Below, one piece after another: positions 1 through 12,000 of a stretch of DNA of 64,000 nt. The stretch comes from Eledone cirrhosa. Taxonomy: Eukaryota. The position numbers were made by a program, and so were the translations under genes. The notes beneath the pieces are model-generated. The model was given only the letters and a program-made list of their open reading frames with translations. It ran no database searches and had not been told where the DNA came from. The DNA lies in the NCBI GenBank assembly GCA_964016885.1, contig OZ024757.1, positions 10,478,001-10,542,000 on the forward strand. Reading direction: 5' to 3'. The first letter of the stretch is position 1. The number at the start of each line of letters is the position of its first letter.

Positions 1-3000
1 ATTAACTTAAGTTGGGTTAACTTAAGTTGGGATTAAGTTGGGGTTAACTTAAGTTGGGGTTAAGTTAAGTTGGCGTTGAGTTAAGTTGGGGTTGAGTTAA
101 GTTGGGGTTGAGTTAAGTTGGGGTTGAGTTAAGTTGGGGTCGAGTTAAGTTGGGGTTGATTTAAGTTGGGGTTAAGTTAAGTTGGGGTTAAGTTAAGTTG
201 GGGTTAAGTTAAGTTGGGATTAGATTAAGTAGGAGTTAAGTTAAGTTGGGGTTAATTTAAGTTGTGGTTAAGTTAAGTTGGGGTTAAGTTAAGTTGGGGT
301 TAAGTTAAGTTGGGGTTAACTTAAGTTGGAGTTAAGTTAAGTTGGGGTTAAGTTAAGTTGAGGCTAAGTTAAGTTGGGGCTGAGTTAACTTGGGGTTAAG
401 TTAAGTTGGGGTTAAGTTAAGTTGGGGTTAAGGTAAGTTGGGGTTAAGTTAAGTTGGGGTTAAGTTAAGTTGGGGTTAAGTTAAGTTGGGGTTAACTTAA
501 GTTGGGGTTAAGTTGGGGTTAGATTAAGTTGGGGTTAAGTTAAGTTGGGGTTGAGTTAAGTTGAGGCTAAGTTAAGTTGGGGCTGAGTTAACTTGGGGTT
601 AAGTTAAGTTGGGGTTAAGTTAACTTGGGGTTAAGTTAAGTTGGGGTTAAGTTAAGTTGGGGTTAAGGTAAGTTGGGGTTAAGTTAAGTTGGGGTTAAGT
701 TAAGTTGGGGTTAATTTAAGTTGGGGTTGAGTTAAGTTGGGGTTGATTTCAGTTTGGGTTGAGTTAAGTTGGGGTCGAGTTAAGTTGGGGTTGTGTTAAG
801 TGGGGGTTAATTTAAGTTGGGGTTAAGTCAAGTTGGGGTTAAGTCAAGTTGGGGTTAAGTTAAGTTGGGGTTGATTTAAGTTGGGGTTGAATTAAGTTGG
901 GGTCGAGTTAAGTTGGGGTTGAGTTAAGTTGGGGTTAAGTTAAGTCGGGTTTAAATTAAGTTGGGGTTAAGTTAAGTTGTGGTAAGTTAAGTTAGGGTTA
1001 AGTTAAGTTGGGGTTTAGCTAAGTTGGGGTTAAGTCAAGTTGGGGTTAAGTCAAGTTGGGGTTAAGTCAAGTTGGGGTTAAGTTAAGTTGGGGTTAAGTT
1101 AAGTTGGGGTTAATTTAAGTTGGGATTAAGTTAAGTTGGGGTTAAGTTAAGTTGGCGTTAAGTTAAGTTGGGGTTAAGTTAAGTTGGGGTTAAGTTAAGA
1201 TGGGGTTAAGTCAAGTTGGGGTTAAATCAAGTTGGGGTTAACTTAAGTTTGGATTAACTTAAGTTGGGTTAACTTAAGTTGGGTTTAAGTTGGGGTTAAC
1301 TTAAGTTGGGGTTAAGTTAAGTTGGGGTTAAGTTAAGTTGGGGTTGAGTTAAGTTGGGGTTGAGTTAAGTTGGGGTTGAGTTAAGTTGGGGTTGATTTAA
1401 GTTGGGGTTGAGTTAAGTTGGGGTCGAGTTAAGTTGGGGTTGAGTTAAGTTGGGGTTAGGTTAAGTTGGGGATAAGTTAAGTTTGGTTTAAGTTAAGTTG
1501 GGGTTAAGTTAAGTTGGGGTTAAGTTAAGTTGGGATTAGGTTAAGTTGGGGTTAAGTTAAGTTGGGGTTAAGTTAAGTTGTGGCTAAGTTAAGTTGGGGT
1601 TAAGTTAAGTTGGGGTTAAGTTAAGTTGGGGTTAAGGTAAGTTGGGGTTAAGTTAAGTTGGGGTTAAGTTAAGTTGGGGTTTAGTTAAGTTGGGGTTAAG
1701 TTAAGTTGGCGTTAAGTTAAGTTGGGGTTAAGTTAAGTTGGCGTTAAATTAAGTTGGGGTTAAGTTAAGTTGGGGTTACGTTAAGTTGGGGATAAGTTAA
1801 GTTGGGGTTAAGTCAAGTTGGGGTTAAATCAAGTTGGGGTTAACTTAAGTTTGGATTAACTTAAGTTGGGTTAACTTAAGTTGGGATTAAGTTGGGGTTA
1901 ACTTAAGTTGGGGTTAAGTTAAGTTGGCGTTGAGTTAAGTTGGGGTTGAGTTAAGTTGGGGTTGAGTTAAGTTGGGGTTGAGTTAAGTTGGGGTCGAGTT
2001 AAGTTGGGGTTGATTTAAGTTGGGGTTAAGTTAAGTTGGGTTTAAGTTAAGTTGGGGTTAAGTTAAGTTGGGATTAGATTAAGTAGGAGTTAAGTTAAGT
2101 TGGGGTTAAGTTAAGTTGTGGTTAAGTTAAGTTGGGGTTAAGTTAAGTTGGGGTTAAGTTAAGTTGGGGTTAACTTAAGTTGGAGTTAAGTTAAGTTGGG
2201 GTTAAGTTAAGTTGAGGCTAAGTTAAGTTGGGGCTGAGTTAACTTGGGGTTAAGTTAAGTTGGGGTTAAGTTAAGTTGGGGTTAAGGTAAGTTGGGGTTA
2301 AGTTAAGTTGGGGTTAAGTTAAGTTGGGGTTAAGTTAAGTTGGGGTTAACTTAAGTTGGGGTTAAGTTGGGGTTAACTTAAGTTGGGTTTAATTTAAGTT
2401 GGGGTTGAGTTAAGTTGGGGTTGATTTCAGTTTGGGTTGAGTTAAGTTGGGGTCGAGTTAAGTTGGGGTTGTGTTAAGTGGGGGTTAAGTTAAGTTGGGG
2501 TTAAGTTAAGTTGGGGTTGAGTTAAGTTGGGATCGAGGTAAGTTGGGGTTGAGTTAAGTTGGGGTTAAGTTAAGTTTGGTTTAAGTTAAGTTGGGGTTAA
2601 GTTAAGTTGGGGTTAAGTTAAGGTGGGATTAGGTTAAGTTGGGGTTAAGTTAAGTTGGGGTTAAGTTAAGTTGTGGTTAAGTTAAGTTGGGGTTAAGTTA
2701 AGTTGGGGTTAAGTTAAGTTGGGGTTAAGGTAAGTTGGGGTTAAGTTAAGTTGGGGTTAAGTTAAGTTGGGGTTAAGGTAAGTTGGGGTTAAGTTAAGTT
2801 GGGGTTAAGTTAAGTTGGGGTTAAGTTAAGTTGGGGTTAACTTAAGTTGGGGTTAACTTAAGTTGGGGTTAAGTTGGGGTTTACTTAAGTTGGGGTTAAG
2901 TTGGGGTTAACTTAAGTTGGGGTTAAGTTAAGTTGGAGTCGAGTTAAGTTGGGGTTGAGTTAAGTTGGGGTTAAGTTAAGTTGGGGTTAAGTTAAGTTGG

Positions 3001-6000
3001 AGTTAAGTTAAGTTGGGGTTAAGTTAAGTTGGGGTTAAGTTAAGTCGGAGTTAAGTTAAGTTGGGGTTAAGTTAAGTTGGGGGTAAGTTAAGTTGTGGTT
3101 AAGTTAAGTTGGGGTTAAGTTGGGGTTAAGTTAAGTTTGGGTTAAGTTAAGTGGGGTTGAGTTAAGTTGGAGTTAAGTTAAGTTGGGGTTAATTTAAGTT
3201 GGGGTTAAGTTAAGTCGGGGTAAAGTTAAGTTGGGGTTAAGTTAAGTTGGGGGTAAGTTAATTTGTGGTTAAGTTAAGTTGGGGTTTAGTTAATTTGGGG
3301 TTAAGTCAAGTTGGGGTTAAGTCAAGTTGGGGTTAAGTTAAGTTGGGGTTAAGTTAAGTCGGGGTTAAGTTAAGTTGGGGTTAAGTTAAGTTGGGGTAAG
3401 TTAAGTTGGGGTTAAGTTAAGTTGGGGTTTACTTAAGTTGGGGTTAAGTCAAGTTGGGGTTAAGTCAAGTTGGGGTTAAGTCAAGTTGGGCTTAAGTTAA
3501 GTTGGGGTTAAGTTAAGTTGGGGTTAAATTAAGTTGGGGTTAAGTTAAGTTGGGGTTAAGTTAAGTTGGCGTTAAGTTAAGTTGGGGTTAAGTTAACTTG
3601 GGGTTAAGTTAAGTTGGGGTTAAGTTAAGTTGGGGTTAAGTCAAGTTGGGGTTAAATCAAGTTGGGGTTAACTTAAGTTTGGATTAACTTAAGTTGGGTT
3701 AACTTAAGTTGGGGTTAAGTTGGGGTTAACTTAAGTTGGGGTTAAGTTAAGTTGGGGTTAAGTTAAGTTGGGGTTGAGTTAAGTTGGGGTTGAGTTAAGT
3801 TGGGGTTGAGTTAAGTTGGGGTTGATTTAAGTTGGGGTTGAGTTAAGTTGGGGTCGAGTTAAGTTGGGGTTGAGTTAAGTTGGGGTTGAGGTAAGTTGGG
3901 GTTAAGTTAAGTTGGGGTTAAGTTAAGTTTGGTTTAAGTTAAGTTGGGGTTAAGTTAAGTTGGGGTTAAGTTAAGTTGGGATTAGGTTAAGTTGGGGTTA
4001 AGTTAAGTTGGGGTTAAGTTAAGTTGTGGTTAATTTAAGTTGGGGTGAAGTTAAGTTGGGGTTAAGTTAAGTTGGTGTTAAGGTAAGTTGGGGTTAAGTT
4101 AAGTTGGGGTTAAGTTAAGTTGGGGTTAAGTTAAGTTGGAGTTAACTTAAGTTGGGGTTAAGTTGGGGTTAACTTAAGTTGGGGTTAAGTTGGGGTTAAC
4201 TTAAGTTGGGGTTAAGTTAAGTTGGGGTTGAGTTAAGTTGGGGTTGATTTAAGTTGGGGTTGAGTTAAGTTGGAGTCGAGTTAAGTTGGGGTTGAGTTAA
4301 GTTGGGGTTAAATTAAGTTGGGGTTAAGTTAAGTTGGAGTTAAGTTAAGTTGGGGTTAAGTTAAGTTGGGGTTAAGTTAAGTTGGCGTTAAATTAAATTG
4401 GGGTTAAGTTAAGTTGGGGTTACGTTAAGTTGGGGTTAAGTTAAGTTGGGGTTAAGTCAAGTTGGGGTTAAATCAAGTTGGGGTTAACTTAAGTTTGGAT
4501 TAACTTAAGTTGGGTTAACTTAAGTTGGGGTTAAGTTGGGCTTAACTTAAGTTGGGGTTAAGTTAAGTTGGGGTTGAGTTAAGTTGGGGTTGAGTTAAGT
4601 TGGGGTTGAGTTAAGTTGGGGTCGAGTTAAGTTGGGGTTGACTTAAGTTGGGGTTAAGTTAAGTTGGGGTTAAGTTAAGTTGGGGTTACGTTAAGTTGGG
4701 ATTAGATTAAGTAGGAGTTAAGTTAAGTTGGGGTTAAGTTAAGTCGGAGTAAAGTTAAGTTGGGGTTAAGTTAAGTTGGGGGTAAGTTAAGTTGTGGTTA
4801 AGTTAAGTTGGGGTTAAGTTGGGGTTAAGTTAAGTTGGGGTTGAGTTAAGTTGGGGTTGAATTAAGTTGGGATTGAGTTAAGTTGGAGTTAAGTTAAGTT
4901 GGGGTTAAGTTAAGTTGGGGTTAAGTTAAGTTGGCGTTAAATTAAGTTGGGGTTAAGTTAAGTTGGGGTTACGTTAAGTTGGGGTTAAGTTAAGTTGGGG
5001 TTAAGTCAAGTTGGGGTTAAATCAAGTTGTGGTTAACTTAAGTTTGGATTAACTTAAGTTGGGTTAACTTAAGTTGGGATTAAGTTGGGGTTAACTTAAG
5101 TTGGGGTTAAGTTAAGTTGGGGTTGAGTTAAGTTGGGGTTGAGTTAAGTTGGGGTTGAGTTAAGTTGGGGTTAAGTTAAGTTGGGGTTAAGTTAAGTTGG
5201 GGTTAAGTTAAGTTGGGATTAGATTAAGTAGGAGTTAAGTTAAGTTGGGGTTAAGTTAAGTTGTGGTTAAGTTATGTTGGGGTTAAGTTAAGTTGGGGTT
5301 AAGTTAAGTTGGGGTTAACTTAAGTTGGAGTTAAGTTAAGTTGGGGTTAAGTTAAGTTGAGGCTAAGTTAAGTTGGGGCTGAGTTAACTTGGGGTTAAGT
5401 TAAGTTGGGGTTAAGTTAAGTTGGGGTTAAGGTAAGTTGGGGTTAATTTAAGTTGGGGTTAAGTTAAGTTGGGGTTAAGTTAAGTTGGGGTTAACTTAAG
5501 TTGGGGTTAACTTAAGTTGGGGTTAAGTTGGGGTTAACTTAAGTTGGGGTTAAGTTAAGTTGGGGTTGAGTTAAGTTGGAGTTAAGTTAAGTTGGGGTTA
5601 ATTTAAGTTGGGGTTAAGTTAAGTCGGGGTAAAGTTAAGTTGGGGTTAAGTTAAGTTGGGGGTAAGTTAATTTGGGGTTAAGTTAAGTTGGGGTTTAGTT
5701 AATTTGGGGTTAAGTCAAGTTGGGGTTAAGTCAAGTTGGGGTTAAGTTAAGTTGGGGTTAAGTTAAGTCGGGGTTAAGTTAAGTTGGGGTTAAGTTAAGT
5801 TGGGGTAAGTTAAGTTGGGGTTAAGTTAAGTTGGGGTTTACTTAAGTTGGGGTTAAGTCAAGTTGGGGTTAAGTCAAGTTGGGGTTAAGTCAAGTTGGGG
5901 TTAAGTTCAGTTGGGGTTAAGTTAAGTTGGGGTTAAATTAAGTTGGGGTTAAGTTAAGTTGGGGTTAAGTTAAGTTGGCGTTAAGTTAAGTTGGGGTTAA

Positions 6001-9000
6001 GTTAACTTGGGGTTAAGTTAAGTTGGGGTTAAGTTAAGTTGGGGTTAAGTCAAGTTGGGGTTAAATCAAGTTGGGGTTAACTTAAGTTTGGATTAACTTA
6101 AGTTGGGTTAACTTAAGTTGGGGTTAAGTTGGGGTTAACTTAAGTTGGGGTTAAGTTAAGTTGGGGTTAAGTTAAGTTGGGGTTGAGTTAAGTTGGGGTT
6201 GAGTTAAGTTGGGGTTGAGTTAAGTTGGGGTTGATTTAAGTTGGGGTTGAGTTAAGTTGGGGTCGAGTTAAGTTGGGGTTGAGTTAAGTTGGGGTTAAGT
6301 TAAGTTGGGGTTAAGTTAAGTTGGGGTTAAGTTAAGTTTGGTTTAAGTTAAGTTGGGGTTAAGTTAAGTTGGGGTTAAGTTAAGTTGGGGTTAAGTTAAG
6401 TTGGGGTTAACTTAAGTTGGGGTTAAGTTGGGGTTAACTTAAGTTGGGGTTAAGTTGGGGTTAACTTAAGTTGGGGTTAAGTTAAGTTGGGGTTGAGTTA
6501 AGTTGGGGTTGATTTAATTTGGGGTTGAGATAAGTTGGAGTCGAGTTAAGTTGGGGTTGAGTTAAGTTGGGGTTAAGTTAAGTTGGGGTTAAGTTAAGTT
6601 GGAGTTAAGTTAAGTTGGGGTTAAGTTAAGTTGGGGTTAAGTTAAGTCGGAGTTAAGTTAAGTTGGGGTTAAGTTAAGTTGGGGGTAAGTTAAGTTGTGG
6701 TTGAGTTAAGTTGGGGTTGAATTAAGTTGGGGTTGAGTTGGGGTTAAGTTAAGTTGGGGTTAAGTTAAGTTGGGGTTGAGTTAAGTTGGGGTTGAATTAA
6801 GTTGGGGTTGAGTTAAGTTGGAGTTAAGTTCAGTTGGGGTTAAGTTAAGTTGGGGTTACGTTAATTCGGGGTTAAGTTAAGTTGGGGTTAAGTTAAGTTG
6901 GGGGTAAGTTAAGTTGGGGTTAAGTTAAGTTGGGGTTTAGTTAAGTTGGGGTTAAGTTAAGTTGGCGTTAAGTTAAGTTGGGGTTAAGTTAAGTTGGGGT
7001 TATGTTAAGTTGGGGTTAAGTTAAGTTGGGGTTAAGTCAAGTTGGGGTTAAATCAAGTTGGGGTTAACTTAAGTTTGGATTAACTTAAGTTGGGTTAACT
7101 TAAGTTGGGGTTAAGTTGGGGTTAAGTTTGGGTTAAGTTAAGTTGGGGTTACGTTAAGTTGGGGTTAAGTTAAGTTGGGGGTAACTTAAGTTGGGGTTAA
7201 GTTAAGTTGGGGTTAAGTGAAGTTGGGGTTAAGTTAAGTTGGGGTTAAGTTAAGTTGGGGTTAAGTTAAGTTGGGGTTAAGTAAAGTTGGGGTTGAGTTA
7301 ATTTGGGGTTGAATTAAGTTGGGGTTAAGTTAAGTTGGGGTTAAGTCAAGTTGGGGTTAAATCAAGTTGGGGTTAACTTAAGTTTGGATTAACTTAAGTT
7401 GGGTTAACTTAAGTTGGGGTTAAGTTGGGGTTAAGTTGGGGTTAAGTTAAGTTGGGGTTAAGTTAAGTTGGGGTTAAGTTAAGTTGGGGGTAACTTAAGT
7501 TGGGGTTAAGTTAAGTTGGGGTAAGTTAAGTTGGGGTTAAGTTAAGTTGGGGTTTACTTAAGTTGGGGTTAAGTCAAGTTGGGGTTAAGTCAAGTTGGGG
7601 TTAAGTTAAGTTGGGGTTGATTTAAGTTGGGGTTGAATTAAGTTGGGGTCGAGTTAAGTTGGGGTTGAGTTAAGTTGGGGTTAAGTTAAGTCGGGTTTAA
7701 ATTAAGTTGGGGTTAAGTTAAGTTGTGGTAAGTTAAGTTAGGGTTAAGTTAAGTTGGGGTTTAGCTAAGTTGGGGTTAAGTCAAGTTGGGGTTAAGTCAA
7801 GTTGGGGTTAAGTCAAGTTGGGGTTAAGTTAAGTTGGGGTTAAGTTAAGTTGGGGTTAATTTAAGTTGGGATTAGGTTAAGTTGGGGTTAAGTTAAGTTG
7901 GCGTTAAGTTAAGTTGGGGTTAAGTTAAGTTGGGGTTAAGTTAAGATGGGGTTAAGTCAAGTTGGGGTTAAATCAAGTTGGGGTTAACTTAAGTTTGGAT
8001 TAACTTAAGTTGGGTTAACTTAAGTTGGGTTTAAGTTGGGGTTAACTTAAGTTGGGGTTAAGTTAAGTTGGGGTTAAGTTAAGTTGGGGTTGAGTTAAGT
8101 TGGGGTTGAGTTAAGTTGGGGTTGAGTTAAGTTGGGGTTGATTTAAGTTGGGGTTGAGTTAAGTTGGGGTCGAGTTAAGTTGGGGTTGAGTTAAGTTGGG
8201 GTTAGGTTAAGTTGGGGATAAGTTAAGTTTGGTTTAAGTTAAGTTGGGGTTAAGTTAAGTTGGGGTTAAGTTAAGTTGGGATTAGGTTAAGTTGGGGTTA
8301 AGTTAAGTTGGGGTTAAGTTAAGTTGTGGCTAAGTTAAGTTGGGGTTAAGTTAAGTTGGGGTTAAGTTAAGTTGGGGTTAAGGTAAGTTGGGGTTAAGTT
8401 AAGTTGGGGTTAAGTTAAGTTGGGGTTTAGTTAAGTTGGGGTTAACTTTAGTTGGGGTTAACTTAAGTTGGGGTTAAGTTGGGGTTAACTTAAGTTGGGG
8501 TTAATTTAAGTTGGGGTTGAGTTAAGTTGGGGTTGATTTAAGTTGGGGTTGAGTTAAGTTGGGGTCGAGTTAAGTTGGGGTTGAGTTAAGTTGGGGTTAA
8601 GTTAAGTTGGCGTTAAGTTAAGTTGGAGTTAAGTTAAGTTGGGGTTAAGTTAAGCTGGGGTTAAGTTAAGTTGGGGGTAAGTTAAGTTGTGGTTAAGTTA
8701 ATTTGGGGTTAAGTTAAGTTGGGGTTGAGTTAAGTTGGGGTTGAATTAAGTTGGGGTTGAGTTAAGTTGGAGTTAAGTTAAGTTGGGGTTAAGTTAAGTT
8801 GGGATTAAGTTAAGTCGGGGTAAAGTTAAGTTGGGGTTAAGTTAAGTTGGGGGTAAGTTAAGTTGGGATTAAGTTAAGTTGGGGTTTAGTTAATTTGGGG
8901 TTAAGTCAAGTTGGGGTTAAATCAAGTTGGGGTTAACTTAAGTTTGGATTAACTTAAGTTGGGTTAACTTAAGTTGGGGTTAAGTTGGGCTTAACTTAAG

Positions 9001-12000
9001 TTGGGGTTAAGTTAAGTTGGGGTTGAGTTAAGTTGGGGTTGAGTTAAGTTGGGGTTGAGTTAAGTTGGGGTTGAGTTAAGTTGGGGTCGAGTTAAGTTGG
9101 GGTTGAGTTAAGTTGGGGTTAAGTTAAGTTGGGGTTAAGTTGGGGTTAAGTTAAGTTGGGATTAGGTTAAGTTGGGGTTAAGTTAAGTTGGGGTTAAGTT
9201 AAGTCGGAGTAAAGTTAAGTTGGGGTTAAGTTAAGTTGGGGGTAAGTTAAGTTGTGGTTAAGTTAAGTTGGGGTTAAGTTGGGGTTAAGTTAAGTTGGGG
9301 TTGAGTTAAGTTGGGGTTGAATTAAGTTGGGATTGAGTTAAGTTGGAGTTAAGTTAAGTTGGGGTTAAGTTAAGTTGGGGTTAAGTTAAGTTGGCGTTAA
9401 ATTAAGTTGGGGTTAAGTTAAGTTGGGGTTACGTTAAGTTGGGGTTAAGTCAAGTTGGGGTTAACTTAAGTTGGGTTAACTTAAGTTGGGATTAAGTTGG
9501 GGTTAACTTAAGTTGGGGTTAAGTTAAGTTGGGGTTGAGTTAAGTTGGGGTTGAGTTAAGTTGGGGTTGAGTTAAGTTGGGGTTAATTTAAGTTGGGGTT
9601 AAGTTAAGTTGGGGTTAAGTTAAGTTGGGATTAGATTAAGTAGGAGTTAAGTTAAGTTGGGGTTAAGTTAAGTTGTGGTTAAGTTAAGTTGGGGTTAAGT
9701 TAAGTTGGGGTTAAGTTAAGTTGGGGTTAACTTAACTTGGGGTTAAGTTAAGTTGAGGCTAAGTTAAGTTGGGGCTGAGTTAACTTGGGGTTAAGTTAAG
9801 TTGGGGTTAAGTTAAGTTGGGGTTAAGTTAAGTTGGGGTTAAGTTAAGTTGGGGTTAACTTAAGTTGGGGTTAAGTTGGGGTTAACTTAAGTTGGGGTTA
9901 ATTTAAGTTGGGGTTGAGTTAAGTTGGGGTTGATTTCAGTTTGGGTTGAGTTAAGTTGGGGTTGTGTTAAGTTGGGGTTAAGTTAAGTTGGGGTTAAGTT
10001 AAGTTGGGGTTGAGTTAAGTTGGGATCGAGGTAAGTTGGGGTTGAGTTAAGTTGGGGTTAAGTTAAGTTGGGGTTAACTTAAGTTGGGGTTAACTTAAGT
10101 TGGGGTTAAGTTAAGTTGGGGTTAAGTTAAGTTGGGGTTAAGTTAAGTTGGGGTTAAGTTAAGTTGGGGTTAAGTTAAATTGGGGTTAAGTTAAGTTGAG
10201 GTTGAGTTAAGTTAGGGTCGAGTTAAGTTGGGGTTGAGTTAATTTGGGGTTGAATTAAGTTGGGGTTAGGTTAAGTTGGGGTTAAGTTAAATTTGATTTA
10301 AGTTAAGTTGGGGTTAAGTTAAGTTGGGGTTAAGTTAAGTTGGGATTAGATTAAGTTGGGGTTAAGTTAAGTTGGGGTTGAGTTAAGTTGGGGTTAAGTT
10401 AAGTTGGCGTTAAGTTAAGTTAGGGTTAAGTTAAGTTGGGGTTAAGTTAAGTTGGGGTTAAGTTAAGTTGGGGTTAAGTTAAGTTGGGGTTAAGTTAAGT
10501 TGGAGTTAAGTTAAGTTGGGGTTAAGTCAAGTTGGGGTTGAGTTAATTTGGGGTTAAGTTAAGTTGGGGTTAAGTTAAGTTGGAGTTAAGTTAAGTTGGG
10601 GTTAAGTCAAGTTGGGGTTGAGTTAATTTGGGGTTGAATTAAGTTGGGGTTAGGTTAAGTTGGGGTTAAGTTAAGTTTGGTTTAAGTTAAGTTGGGGTTA
10701 AGTTAAGTTGGGGTTAAGTTAATTTGGGGTTAAGTTAAGTTGGGGTTGAGTTAAGTTGGGGTTGATTTAAGTTGGGGTTGAATTAAGTTGGGGTCGAGTT
10801 AAGTTGGGGTTGAGTTAAGTTGGGGTTAAGTTAAGTTGGGGTTAAGTTAAGTTGGAGTTAAGTTAAGTTGGGGTTAAGTTAAGTTGGGGTTAAGTTAAGT
10901 CGGAGTAAAGTTAAGTTGGGGTTAAGTTAAGTTGGGGGTAAGTTAAGTTGTGGTTAAGTTAAGTTGGGGTTAAGTTGGGGTTAAGTTAAGTTGGGGTTGA
11001 GTTAAGTTGGGGTTGAATTAAGTTGGGATTGAGTTAAGTTGGAGTTAAGTTAAGTTGGGGTTAAGTTAAGTTGGGGTTAAGTTAAGTTGGCGTTAAATTA
11101 AGTTGGGGTTAAGTTAAGTTGGGGTTACGTTAAGTTGGGGATAAGTTAAGTTGGGGTTAAGTCAAGTTGGGGTTAAATCAAGTTGGGGTTAACTTAAGTT
11201 TGGATTAACTTAAGTTGGGTTAACTTAAGTTGGGATTAAGTTGGGGTTAACTTAAGTTGGGGTTAAGTTAAGTTGGCGTTGAGTTAAGTTGGGGTTGAGT
11301 TAAGTTGGGGTTGAGTTAAGTTGGGGTTGAGTTAAGTTGGGGTCGAGTTAAGTTGGGGTTGATTTAAGTTGGGGTTAAGTTAAGTTGGGGTTAAGTTAAG
11401 TTGGGGTTAAGTTAAGTTGGGATTAGATTAAGTAGGAGTTAAGTTAAGTTGGGGTTAATTTAAGTTGTGGTTAAGTTAAGTTGGGGTTAAGTTAAGTTGG
11501 GGTTAAGTTAAGTTGGGGTTAACTTAAGTTGGAGTTAAGTTAAGTTGGGGTTAAGTTAAGTTGAGGCTAAGTTAAGTTGGAGCTGAGTTAACTTGGGGTT
11601 AAGTTAAGTTGGGGTTAAGTTAAGTTGGGGTTAAGGTAAGTTGGGGTTAAGTTAAGTTGGGGTTAAGTTAAGTTGGGGTTAAGTTAAGTTGGGGTTAACT
11701 TAAGTTGGGGTTAAGTTGGGGTTAGATTAAGTTGGGGTTAAGTTAAGTTGGGGTTGAGTTAAGTTGAGGCTAAGTTAAGTTGGGGCTGAGTTAACTTGGG
11801 GTTAAGTTAAGTTGGGGTTAAGTTAACTTGGGGTTAAGTTAAGTTGGGGTTAAGTTAAGTTGGGGTTAAGGTAAGTTGGGGTTAAGTTAAGTTGGGGTTA
11901 AGTTAAGTTGGGGTTAATTTAAGTTGGGGTTGAGTTAAGTTGGGGTTGATTTCAGTTTGGGTTGAGTTAAGTTGGGGTCGAGTTAAGTTGGGGTTGTGTT